In this document: one piece after another, positions 1 through 13,007 of the stretch
Position numbering within the stretch: the first letter of the stretch is position 1
How the letters are laid out: each line of letters begins with the position of its first letter
Source: Octopus vulgaris
Taxonomy: Eukaryota
Assembly: GCA_951406725.2 (NCBI GenBank)
Contig: OX597817.1
Span: 110,732,001-110,796,000, forward strand
DNA length: 64,000 nt
Reading direction: 5' to 3'
Position numbers and translations under genes: made by a program
Notes under the pieces: model-generated
Told to the model about the DNA's origin: nothing
The model's database searches: none
Seen by the model: the letters and a program-made list of their open reading frames with translations, nothing else

Positions 1-3000
1 GCTAGCCATTCTTCTTTTTGTTCCCAGTTATCCACTTCATCGGTTAAATCGTCTATTTGTCTTCCAAGTTCCACTAAAGGTGGGCTTGGGAAAACTAGTA
101 AAATTCTTACGAGTTCCTGTTCACGTTTAGCTGTGTCTAAAGCAGAAACAAAACTACAGAAAAAACCGTCCATGCTAAGCCGTACCACCTCATCCACAAC
201 TGTCTCTCGAACTAGTAATTCTGCTTTGTCTCACCCATCCAAGTCATCTCCTGCACATTCACGCTTAACGTCACGAGTTAACACTGAAAACTTACAAAGA
301 GCTGTGAGCACAGGTTCTTTAAGAAATAATTCCAATAAATCGAGTATTCCTCCTACTGGCAGATCTAATACAACAGCTACAAAAAGTAGTGGTCTGTCAC
401 TGAGGCAAAAGAAAGTTGCTGATTCAGCATCTGATCTTTCAGTTAACAGCACAACTAGATTAGGTAGCAGAATTCAAAACAAAGAAAGTTTAAAGACAGT
501 CAGTTCCGAGAATTTGTCAAACAAAATTCAAAACTCATTTGGAAAAAGTTGTGAAAATTTAGCAAAAAAGAAAAAAAATGTGTTACAAGCAAGTTGTGAA
601 AATTTGTCAGTTAAATCTCGCAATAATAGTGTCACCACTTCTGACAGTACACTTCAACAAAAAGGTATTTCGCACAATAAAAAATTAACTTCCACTCAAA
701 GTATTAGCAATGGAGGTTTGGTTCACCAAAAGGAAAAATACAGTGGTGGTATGTCTTTATTGAAGGCTAGCAGAATTAGTGGCAGCAGCAGCAGTTCAAT
801 TCCTACTGCTGCAACTGCAGCTGATAAACTGGACAATAAAAAATTAAGTAATGTCCGCCCTACCACCTCTGCAGTTACTGAGCGGAGAACAGGTGTGGGG
901 CTAGGTAGCAACCAGGAGGGCAAACCAACCACTAATATTGATAGATCTCAGATTAAAAAGAGTATACCAGCTACAGGTAAAAAAACTACATCATTAAAAT
1001 CAAATGAAGCTATTGAACCATTATCGAAAAAGAAACTTGTAGCAAAAACAAGTCGAGGTTTTAGTGACCATAAAGTGACTTCTAATTTGCCTACTGCTTC
1101 TTCTAAAGCTTCATCTGGTATTAAAAAGTCTAAGTTGTTAGAGGCTCAGTCTCATAATGTGGTCAGTCAGACAGCTGGCAAAAACTTTCAGGGAAAAGCA
1201 ACCTATGACAGTAATCGGTTACAGCTGGATAAAACTAGGAATACACTTTCTGTTAATGAGGTAGAAAATTCGGAACTACATTATAAAGAACTAGATGATG
1301 CACCTGAAAATGAAGATAAAGTTGACAAAGATAGCTCATCAACAAAACCAAATATTTCTGAAAATTTTGCTTATGATGACTACATGATTATAACCGAGGC
1401 CCTTTCTGATGAAAGCATATCTGGGCCCAGTGTACATGTCGGAGATTTAGACAATGTTTCAAACCCCAACCACCTCTCTGATATTGATGCTTCAGAAAGT
1501 TATCAAACTAGTTCTTCAGCTTCTGCCCTGGACATCAGTTTACATGAGGACTATGTGTATAATGGATCTCTTGTGACCTCTTCTAGTGACAACTACACCG
1601 ACAAGCACACTGGCTTCCAGTGCACACAGTCAGCTGTCCATGCTTGCAGAGAAGTTACCAGCAGCTACCAGACTAACACCAGTGAGGATGAGTGTAGTGA
1701 AAAAGAAGAAAAAGAGGAAATGGAGAGAAAAGAAGACACAGAGGAAAACAGAGTAAAACTAAAATTATCAGACCATGGTGTAATTAAATCTGATGCTTAT
1801 TCTGATAAAACTTTTGACTATGAAGCTAGTTATGACTGTAATCTTTCCAGCTGTGGTTATCAGCAGCCACAGAAACATTATGGACAGCCCTGCCCCCATC
1901 AGCAATATCCCCACCATCCCCCTCAACACCATTATCATCCCCCACACCAATCTACTGGAACTGAGAATAGTTTTAAAAATTTATCAACAGATGATGGGAG
2001 GGGTGCTCAGTCTAGTCCACAGCTTCATAGTATTAATGATAGTAAATGTGTGTATAGCTTTGAATTTGAAGAGGGACAAAATCAAAAGCAGGCGGAAGAA
2101 GATGGGGAGGAAAAAGCAGTGGGTGAGAGTGAAAACTTAGAAGAGAAAGCATCAGTGGTTGTATTTAAGTCAGCTGACATTTACAGAGTGGCAGGGCATG
2201 GGATGCCAGTAGTAGAGTTCACCCCGCCCCAAATAGCCCACCACAATATTTCGAGGAATGAAAACAGTGGTAGTGGTGGTTGTAACCCAGTTTCTGCTAC
2301 AGACAGAACAAGTAAAGATGTGACAGCTACCAAAACTACTACAGTTCTGAGGGGAGACGATACTGAAGGAGAACTCGCAGGAGCTGAGAGAAGCGATGAG
2401 GAAGCTGTCGACTGCCCTGTCAACAAACTGTTGCAAAGAGAAAGAGACAGACCAACATCATTCACACAAGTAAATGTTGGTGAAGAAGCTCGGTTTAAGC
2501 AGCAGATAAGTTTTGGTGAAGTTGCTGTGACAACAACAACAACAATACTTGCAGCAACAATAAAAGCTGATGTTACCAATTCCAGCCTTCAGGAAATGGC
2601 AGACCAACCAGGGATCCAGTCCTCTAAACTACAACTAGGAGATCTTCATACATCTCAGACAAGAACCCAGACCTACGACAGAGATGTCATGTGTGAAAAA
2701 GGTGACTTATCAAGGAGTACTGCCACACTGTTTATGGAACAACAACAACAACAACTGAATTCTAATGCAACCAGGCAGATGACAGGCCCATTCTTACCAT
2801 CTGAAATGGGATTCCTTGCTGGTCAGATGCTCAGCCCCTGCAGTAATGACAGCAGTAGCTTCAAAGATATCAGTGATGGTGCTGTCACACCTCTCAGTGA
2901 TGTACAGGAAATATTTGACCAGGAAACCTCTCAACTGAATGACATCAGCAATGTGGATGAGCTAAGCGGTACCTGTAAACATGTTAGTGATATTGCAGAA

Positions 3001-6000
3001 GGTGAAACTGAAGGTGTCCTTATAGAAATTGAAGACAGTACTTTACAAGTGTCTGGGAGTCCAGATGGTGAAGATGAGATTATAGTAGAAGAACAGGATT
3101 ATGTTGTGACCGATGAGAGGAATTATAATGAAGAATCAACTCATTTTACAAATGATGATATAATCGGTGAACGTCCAATTGTGGATGCTGGAGAAGATCT
3201 TGCTGAAGTGACGCTGGATAGTAATGAAACACAAAATTTATGGTTCTCAATTGAAGCAGAAACAGACAGTCAATACGAAAATCTTAGTACATCAATTACA
3301 CTAGAAAATATAGCTGAATCTAGTATTGGAGAGGATGTTGAAGAACTGCTTGACCAATCTCCCAGTATTGAATCTAGCAATACCTCCTCACGAATTCATG
3401 GAAATTTACATGAAAGTATTCTGAGGCAGTTACAAACACAAATAAGTGAAGATGATGCTCCAGATATTTTATCAGAGGAAATATCTCCAAGCCTTGAGCA
3501 TTTGCGGTTAAGAACAAAATCTGAGGAAACTGATTTTGGTAAATCTGATCAACAACTAATATCAGGATGTAATGAAAAAAGGATTAACAAAGATTCTTAT
3601 TTGCATTCCCATCAATTGGAACCCTGTTTTCATACTGATTCCCTAGCTGAGAATATCCAACAAAGACCTGCTGATGTGAAACTTGGTAACTTTAAAAGTC
3701 AAACTAAAAACTGTTTGTCTGGAAATACTGTTTTAGATGATAAAAACTTACTTGAAACAAATTTCAACTTTAATGAAGATGTGCAGAGAGCATATACTAA
3801 TAGCCTTAAATATGGATATAAAAATGAATTTGATTCTTTGGATGTCAATATTTGTAATAATGATATTTCTCAAGAAATGGAAATAGAAGATGGAGGTTTT
3901 GTTATTCTCAAGAATGAAGGAGTAAAGAAAACCAATGATAATTCCAATCAGGATTTCACACTTCGGCAACTTCAGGGAACTCTCAATCTAAGGAAACAGA
4001 AAATTCTTGAACTTTGTGGGCAAACAGAATCAGTATCAAGCAAGGATATTAAATCACCCTCTCCTACAAAGGTTTCAATTGATAGAAAAGAAAGGTCACC
4101 AAGTTTTAAAAGATTGGATGCTTTTTGTACAATCCCTGGGAGTATTAATGAAAATATTAGCCCTACAAAAACTAATTCTTCTTTAGCATTAAACATACCA
4201 AAAGCTGACACATTGCAAAACCTAAGTCCAAAGACAGATGAAATAGTTTCACCAATAAAAGAATCTTGGATCAAACATGAAGGCAAATGGAGAAGAGGAT
4301 ATATCCTTGATGATGGTTCAAGTATTCCATCTGAAAAATATCAGGATTACATTTTGAAATCTACACCAGTTACTCCAAACAGTGATGGAGAACACAGTTT
4401 TATTGAGAAATATTCCTCAGCACAGATTATGAAGAGTGATAGTTTTGAAGAAAATTCCTTGACTTTAAAGCAAGAACAAAGTAGTAATTTTGAAGAAATT
4501 TCTAAATGCACAATGGAATTGTTTAATCAGAGCCCTGTACTCGAAGAAGAAGTCTTTGGAAATAATGAAGAAGAATTCACTCATGAAAATTTTAAAATGC
4601 ACAAAACTGTGTTGGGAGATATTACAAGCAGTAAAGAATCTTATGATTCTGTTGATGGCCAGCCATCTGAAATAAATATTCTTTCTCTTGACACCAACTC
4701 AAAAATAAAGGATTATGGAAAAACTGAGATGACACATAAATCACAAGCTGAGCTAACTTTGCAGACTGAAACTGTTCAACCAGTTATTACAGAACAGAAG
4801 ACTTATTCACCAGAAATTGTGGATGACATACCATTTGTTGATATGGATGAAACTGTATGTGATTCCAACATTGTTAGCATTGCTTCAGTTAAGCTAAAGA
4901 ATAGTGCATCTCAAGAGCTTCCTGAAGTCACTCCTATGCAGGATACACTTAGTTCAGTGAACACAAAGTTTAAAAGCAAAGAGATGGAATCCATATTGGA
5001 TTTACAAGAAAATAGCATGGAGCAAGTTCCTCATCCTTCAGTGATTGAATCAACTTCTATTAGTGAATATGAAACAGCTGTTGATTTGGATACTATTACA
5101 GATGACCCCAGCACACATTCTTCTGTTGATGAGTTGAAATGTGAACCACTTATTGATTCAGGTTTTGAACATCCACTTCATGAATTTGATAATGTATCAA
5201 TGGCTGTTTCAGACATTGTAACCACAAATGATACTGATAGTGGACGATTAATAGATTCAGGCATTGCGCAACCTTCAGATATGGATTGGGTTCCTATTAC
5301 AGATGAATATGATATTTTACCTGCTAATGCTGAAGAGTGTGTACCATATTTAAACTGTGAACCAGTGAATGCAAATAAAAGGATGCAACATGATTCAGAT
5401 GATGCACTACCAATCCACAGCAAAGAAGTAGTAAATGAAATTGACTCTCCTAGAAAACTCATTGATTCTCAGTCCCTGCCAATGGATATACCTCAAGGAA
5501 AAAGCCCAGGATTAAGTACAGATATGGAAAGAAATAAAATAAAAAATAAACATACAGAGAAACAAGAAATGAATTTTGCAAACTGTTCAGATGCCTACTA
5601 TGCATCTGAGGAAACAGAATCATCATTAGGAAATCAAAAAGATATGCCCATGTTAGAGCAAGATATTTATGGTTCTTCACCTAGAGAAGTTGGTTCTTTA
5701 TGTGATGAAATTTTCAGCATTATTGGTTCACCAACATTATTGAATGAATCTTGGAAGAAATTGTCACAGAATAAATCTGAAAGTGACTTAAGCAAAAGTG
5801 AGAACGAACTCTATTTTGATGGAAAAAGAACATACAGAAATTTACCCACGTCTCGATCAGTTTATGCAAACATTATTCGATCTTCTATTTATGAAAATTC
5901 TGAATCAGAAAGTTCAGAATCACTGGATTCTATCACCAAAATAAGTTATGATGATTTAAAACAGACCAAAGATAAAAACAACATCAAACTGAAAGGACAG

Positions 6001-6171
6001 GGATACTCTTCAAACGAGGATTCTCCTGAAGGTTTAATGTCATCCATGGATTTCTATTTAGATGCCAGCGAATTTGCTCGAGCTTGTTGGTCTGATAGGA
6101 GTACCTTGTCTGAATTCTACCAAGTTGGGTCACATCAGAAATTGAGAGCTAGTGATTCATCTACCTATGGG
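1..6171 (+). CDS. Giant coding exon (5' end outside the window) of an unidentified large, mostly disordered protein
   Basis: Frame 1 has no stop from base 1 (ASHSSFCSQL...) through 6243, so the GTG at 133 is not a real start. A consensus donor TATGGG|GTAAGT lies at 6171/6172 (phase 0), after which the sequence turns T-rich and intron-like. The protein is Ser/Lys/Thr-rich and basic up to ~nt 1250, then Glu/Asp/Ser-rich, with a His/Pro/Gln patch at ~1860-1950. No globular domain recognised. Confidence 0.9.
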
Positions 6172-6177
6172 GTAAGT
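6172..6177 (+). promoter_or_regulatory. 5' splice donor (GTAAGT), phase 0
   Basis: Perfect G|GTAAGT consensus at a codon boundary, 24 codons before the ORF's stop, coinciding with the compositional switch. Confidence 0.85.
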
Positions 6178-7126
6178 AATTTATTTTTCCCACCTTTTCA
6201 TTTATTAATATTATATTATAACCAGTGTCACACTACTAATATCTGATGGTTTCTGTCCTTGTTGTGCACAACCTCCCTTTACACACATACACATGTGTGT
6301 AAATTTACTTCTAGAGTAAATTTGAAACCTTTTATTTTATCTTTTGTTATTATAAAAAAATTTCACATTTACATACATGTAAGATCTTGTACTAAATGAA
6401 TCTGGTGATAAAGTGAAATTGGCAATCTTTATTCTATTATTGTATTTTAGAAGTTGACTCTTGAATGAAGATTTTCAGTTGTCTGTTTCTACAATTGTGA
6501 TTATTGAGATACACTAAAATATATATTAAGGCAGATTGCTAGCTAGTGTGACTGAGTAAAATAGTGTGTTTGATAGATAAAAAGTGATTGGGTAATAGAG
6601 TTCACCTTACTAGGTGTACACAGATACATTGAAAGCTATGTTTTGCCCCACAGTCTCTTTCATCTGATTGCTTTTTGACCAACTGCTTAGCTTTCTCAGT
6701 ATAATTTTATGAATAAATTAATGTCACAAACTCAAGCTTACTCTTTTTACATGTATTGAATTTTCACAATTTTTTATCTGTATTCAAATAACCTTATCAT
6801 TTTTGGTGGGTATCAGGCTAGTGTGTGTATGCGTTTTTACTCACACACACAAGGAGTTTTTGACTAAAGCTCAAGAAGCAAAACCCCATCCCCTTTATAT
6901 AATTAATTTGACACTGTCAACAGTATTGAGTCCTTTCATTAGTAAGTATAAGTAATTTGTCACAACTCTAACAGCATATATATATATATGTATGTGTGTG
7001 TGTATATACACTACTATGAATATACATACAGAGACATGTACATACATGTTTGTGTGTATGTGTGTGTCTGTATATACACCACTCATATATACATATAAAT
7101 GTATATATATGTGTGTGTACATATGA

Positions 7127-7516
7127 GGCACAGGCTTGGCTGTGTGGTAAGAAGCTTGCTTTCCAACCACATGGTTTTGGGTTCAGTCCCATTGCATGGC
7201 AACTTGGGCAAGTGTCTTCTACTATAGCCTTGGGCCAACCAAAGCCTTGTGAGTGGATTTGGTAGATGGAAACTGAAAGAAGCCTATCGTATATATATGT
7301 ATATATTCATGTGTGTCTGTGTTTGTCCCCACCCCACCCCCATCGCTTGACAACCAGTGCTAGTGTGTTTATGACCCTGAAACTTAGCAGTTCGGCAAAA
7401 GAGACAGATAGAATAAATACCATGCTTACAAAGAATAAGTCCTGGGGTCAATTTGTTCGACTAAAGGCGGTGCTCCAGCATGGCCGCAGTCAAATGACTG
7501 AAACATGTAAAAGAGT
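7127..7516 (+). mobile_element. SINE family A (tRNA-derived head, internal (TA)/(TG) microsatellite, AAGAGT-type tail), full length
   Basis: Head TGGCTGTGTGGTAAG (A-box-like) ... GGGTTCAGTCCC (B-box-like). Body and tail match the copies at 18303-18675 and 23111-23526. Confidence 0.9.
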
Positions 7517-7658
7517 ATATGTATAAATAGATATATGTGTATGTATGTACAGACATACATCATATGTACATATATGTTTGTGTGTTCATATGCACATGCA
7601 GGCAACACAAGTATACTTCCCTCTTATTTCATGTTGTAATTGTTAAAGAAACAACAAA

Positions 7659-7702
<44 letters not shown>

Positions 7703-9369
7703 TTATTTATTGTCTTTTCAGTTTGAATAGCATATATATAAGTTTCTCTCTTTATTATTTACACAGCAATATATTTCTTAGCTATTTTTCTCCCAGGTTT
7801 CTATATATCCACTACCATTCTGCTATTCTGATAAGGAGAAGGCATTTCAGTTATATATGCTTTACATTAAGGAAGAAATCTTTCCATAACTTTACTGATA
7901 TTCCTCATGTTTACACATACACTTTCCAATTTTAATGTAAGAAAAAGACTTTAGTTTCGTGATTATGATTAAAGGTTTTGATATTTAGATATTTATTAAA
8001 GAACCCATTTTTAATTATTTTATATTATCTTTTTATAAAAGAATCTGTTTTTATTTATTTAAATTATTTTGATAAAAGAATCTATTTCTATTCATTTATA
8101 TTATCATAATTCAAAATATTATCTTATTGAAGTAGGGGAATGTATATTTCATGTAAATTTTTCTCAAATTCGGCCTGATCTTGAAACATGCACAATTTAT
8201 GAAATATAGCTTTGTCACACTCACACACATACACTCACATTTATATGTATGATGTATGTGTGTAGAGGAGGGAAGGAATTATTTTATGAAGCCAGAATTG
8301 GCTATAGTCATTTTTATAGTTTTGGCTTTCAGCAGTCTCTGACTACATATTATATCACTAAAAATGCTTTTGACATTTAAAATAAGGGGGCACATATGTC
8401 AAATTCCCACCACCAATTTCAGTTGCTCTGAAATATTGGTTCACATGGATAAACCATACAGATATCTTGGAAGTATTATTGGTGCAGTCACTATCTGTAC
8501 TGCTGCTATGTATACTACAACTGAACACCCTATTATTAACTGCCCCCACTCTTCCACCTTTAAACACTATGCTTACTGTGTTACTGCTTATACACACACA
8601 CACACGTGTGTTTGTGTGTGTGTTTGAATAGTTTTAACAATTCACAATTTTTGCTTAGGAACTGATGTTAATATTTAACAATATTGCTTTCTCAGTGTTG
8701 AAAGTATATTGTGAACACTTAGATATATGTCCAAGCTATGTTTTTATTTTATTATTCTCTTCTGTTCTGTAGTATAGTATTATAGTATTGTTTAGTAATT
8801 ATTTAAAATATATCATAGAAAATATATCCTTACCAAAAAAAAAGTAAAAAAAACAAAACAAAAAACAATGAACTTAATTTCTAGGTTTTAAAAACTGAGT
8901 TTAACAAAGAATGCTATTGTACAGTGTCATGTACAGTAAAAAAAAGACTAGCAAAAATATGCAAAAAAACTAGCCAAATATTTAAGAAAAAACAAAATGA
9001 ATAAAAATAGCCCCATTTCTCTTCTTTAATGTTAAATGCTTTCTGTGTCTCATAAGAGATAATATTGTATCTTGCTCCATTTTTAGGTATAAAACTTGGT
9101 TTCTCTTCAGCAAATGGTGTAATTGTTTAGGGATATTTTTGGTTAATGTTTTTTAGTTGGAGGTTTTTGTTATTGGTATTTTTAGGTTCCTTATAAGTCT
9201 AGTGATAACCACAGATAAGTTTGGAATGTTACTTTACTGATGATAGTTGTTCTCTTTTACTGAATCTGGAATCAGAGATTCTGTTTCTTTTTTCCCTTTC
9301 CTTAAACCTTATGGTATTCAGCTTTAATTTTTTTTCTTTTTATTGTTCTTATCCTCAGGTCATTTCTGA

Positions 9370-9560
9370 CTGACATGACTTTATGATTAAAGGCATTCCA
9401 GCTGTGACCATCCTGTCTTTTTATTGGATGTCTATGACTACCATTTCCTATTATGTCATTTCTTTGTTTAAGGCACTTGGATGTCATAGGAGAGATTTGA
9501 CTGCTATTTCTAACAGGTTGAGTAAAGTAAAGTAAAAGGCTTCCTTCTTAGTGCATTTGT
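9370..9560 (+). repeat. Dispersed repeat family C (CCAGCTGTGACCATCC ... TTTGGCTGCTATTTCTAGCAGG), unclassified
   Basis: The same motifs recur at ~19790-19930, 21660-21790, 26270-26385, 33860-34010 and 43100-43280 (+), and at ~41600-41780 and 55100-55250 (-). Boundaries approximate. Confidence 0.6.
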
Positions 9561-11479
9561 ATTTTGTTATAACAGAAGGGAGTAATAAGTTGGGATTGAA
9601 GAACTGTTTGCATTAATTACTTCTCACTTCATACACACTCATATGCCTTTAAAGTTTCTGCTACTGCTCTTATGCTGTAATAATACTTATCTTTTGAAAA
9701 CCACCTTGTTGGGGTGTCTGTGTGGCATATAAGCAGAATCAGCTTCAGTGTGTATCAGATTTGTTTTCATGAACTTGTCAGAAATTGTTAGTTTAGTAAT
9801 GGGATTCCAAAAGCTTGAAAAATAACCCCACTGAATTAACTATCTTTGCATATTGCTTCAGAAAGTTCTTTGCATCCACTATGAATGAAAATGAGGTTTT
9901 CCCAAATTGTCATATATCTCTTCTATTTTATAAAAAATTATTCAAATTCTATATTCATAAATGGTTATATTTGCTATACATTAGGAATTTCTATTGAAAT
10001 TGGTTTGTAATTTCTTTTTCATGCTTTCACTAGACAGGATTTTCAGAATTTTGTTCAAATTAGCAGTGAAAATAAGTTGCAAATAAAATAACATCAAGAT
10101 TGGTAATATCTTGTATTTGAACAAATTTCTTTTGATTTTAATAGATTCCTTTTCCTTATTTCCTTTTATACTGTTATTTACTGTTTAACTACAAGATTTT
10201 GCTAAACTGGAAATTTACTGAAAATTTGGAAATTGAACTAGATGATTGTAAATTGAAAATTTCCAAACATCTGATATTTGCATATAAATATTTAAACATT
10301 TGACAATTGTGTCTTAAAAGTGCTAATTTACTCTGAGTTACCATTTTACGGCAATTAAATTGAAAGCAGAATTTGTGTATTTACTTAAAAAAAAGTAACT
10401 AATTTCCATTATCAACATATATTTTTATTACTAGATTTTTTAACATATCCACTTTCTTGTGTCAAACTGATTGGTGTAACTGTTTAGTTCATTTTCTATG
10501 AAGGGAATGGATACCAACTGCATGTCATAGTTGAATAAATTGGTTTAAGTACTGGCAGGCTTTTGTAAAATTCTTTGAAATGACTAAATTTCAAGGACCA
10601 CCCAGCTTTTGCTGCTAAGGAAAATAAAAGTGAAAACATTGAAAGGTTTCCTTCTACATCTGTTTATTCTTAGTATTGTTGAAATTTTCAAAATTAAGAA
10701 ACAAGATTTAATTTAACCCTTTCAAACCAACAAAATAGCTGCTTATAGTCATAAGCAGATTATTGTTTTAAACATAATTAGTTTTATTAAGGATTTTTAA
10801 TAAGGCTTTCCCCAACCCATTGAATAGTTTTAATTAAGACATTTTAAAATCTATTAAATTAATGAAAAATATATACATTTAAAAGAATGAAGTCTATAAA
10901 GATTTTGAAATCATATTTTCATCTTGTTCTGCTACTCTCTACTGTATTACTAAGTAGACTAATTAAATCTACTTAAGTGAAAATCTTTCCTGATACAAAT
11001 CTATGACAGATACTTGAAATTGCACTAGTTTCTTTGTTTAAGTGAGAAAGAACTGCAGAAGTTGAAATTACAAAAAGGGGAAAAAAAAAAAAAGACATTT
11101 TGATTGGTTTAGTGTAACTAAATTTGCACAAGTAATATTAAGAATCATATATACTACCTTTTAACTGAATTTTTTCTATTAGTCTATCTTAACAACTAAA
11201 ATAAATTCTAGGTAATATTCCCAGACAGTTGCCGATGTTTTTCTTCTGCAGAAGAATAACTACCAATTTAGTTGATTGTTGTAGCATTATTGCTGTTTTA
11301 TGCTAAAAGGCTTGATATTTTATTGACTGTTGTTTTACCATTCACAATTCTTCCTTTAGCAATTGTTCTTTTATTTAGTAGAGCTATCATTGTTTCCTTT
11401 CATGCAAAGCATTATTGCAAACTAGCAAGACCCTAACAAATCCATCTATACATTATTTTAGCTTCAGCAATGTAGTTAA

Positions 11480-12330
11480 TTTTCATCATCATCATCACTA
11501 TCATGATAATCACCATCAGTTGAATCCTCTTTAATAATCATTATTAGTCTCATAATCATCATTATTAGTCACATCACATCATATTATCATTCACATAACT
11601 ATCACTCACATATCCCTGTCACTCACACATCCCCATCATTCACATCATTATCAATTACATCATCATCATTATCACTCTTATCTTATTCATATGATTGTCA
11701 ATTGCTATTATTAGTTATACCATTTTCACTTATACAATTAGGATTTTTACTCTTAATATCCGTTCTACTATAGGCACAAGGCCTAAAATTATGAAGGAGA
11801 TGGGGAGACTAGCCAGTTACATCAGCCCTTGTGCTCAACTGGTACTTATTTCATTGACTTCGAAATGATGAAAGACAAAATCAACCTTGACAGAATTTGA
11901 ACCCAGAATGTGAAGCTGGATGAAATGTCACCAAGCACAGTTGCACACCAATATTACCCACTCATCAGTATCAGTTACTTGTCAATAGTAATCCTACATC
12001 ATTCAGTCACACACATTATTATCAGTCACATACAACAATCACACATCATCCATTCCACCTTAGTTGCATATCTTCATCAGTCACATCAACTGCATATCAA
12101 CATCAATCACATAATTATCAGTCATACATCACTATCAGTCACATGTATTAGTATCAGTCACATGCATTAGTATCGTTAAGTGCATCAATAGCAGTCTCAT
12201 GCATCATTGTCATCAGTTTTACATCAGTAGTTGAACACCATCAGTCACACATCAACCTTTAGTCATTGCCTAATCATTATCAGTGCTACTATCATTTTCC
12301 TTTTACTTCACCATCACCATCAGTAGCAGC
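11480..12330. repeat. Degenerate CAT-rich tandem repeat (ATCAGTCACAYAT-like units) interrupted by a SINE
   Basis: Repeated ATCAGTCAC/ATCATC words on both sides of the SINE B copy at ~11770-11930. Confidence 0.7.
11770..11930 (-). mobile_element. SINE family B, 5'-truncated and diverged
   Basis: Reverse complement matches TTCTGAGTTCAAATTC...TTTGCCTTTCATC...AAAATAAGTACCAGT of the copy at 38308-38532. Confidence 0.75.
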
Positions 12331-13007
12331 AATAGGTAGCATCATTAAATAACCTCAGCTGTATTAATGCAATAGCCATACATTGCTGTTCACAGCTAGT
12401 TATGTGCAAACAGTGTTAATACTACTCCTTTAGACATAGATGTATATCCTCTCCCTCCACAGTCTATTTTATCTTAAATGTTAACCTTTACCCTTACTTT
12501 ACTGCACTATCATTTAATTTGATTTTATTCAAATTGTTTCAAGTTGAATAATTTTCCTGATAGTTCTCTACTAAACTTCCCACTCTAGTTAAACAACATT
12601 CTCATTGAAACCCTTCAATTTATTCAAAGCAATTGAATTATTCATATATTCAATGTAAAAATCACTCAAAGGTTGTCATTTGAAACATACATGCACACAC
12701 ATCTATGTATGTAAATACATCAGCGACTAGGATCACCTTCTCTACCTTAGTAAATGCATATACAAACCCATTCATGTATACACATACATATAACTTGGAA
12801 TAGAAATTTTGAGTGTAAGATGTTGAATATCTGACTGGAAACCAATTTATGAACATGAGTTCAAATTTTGCCACAACAGACAAAACTAGTGTCTATTCTT
12901 GTTTCTGTTAATTTTCCAACCTTTTTACAGAGTGAATTAGGTGCATTCTATTGTAGTATCAGCACTGTGGTTGTCTTGTATTCTGCAAGGAAAGTCCTCA
13001 CTGCTCT

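Noticed and set aside
133-135. GTG start codon implied by the ORF track
   Set aside because: The frame is open from base 1 and the DNA is eukaryotic, so the true start or acceptor lies upstream of the window.
231-5680. Antisense and alternative-frame ORFs overlapping the giant exon
   Set aside because: Short shadows of the main frame's codon bias with no recognisable motifs.
6172-6246. C-terminal VSNLFFPPFHLLILYYNQCHTTNI as part of the main protein
   Set aside because: It begins exactly at a consensus donor and is T-rich intron-like sequence.
11910-12170. His/Ile/Ser-rich 86-aa ORF
   Set aside because: Translation of the degenerate CAT-rich tandem repeat.
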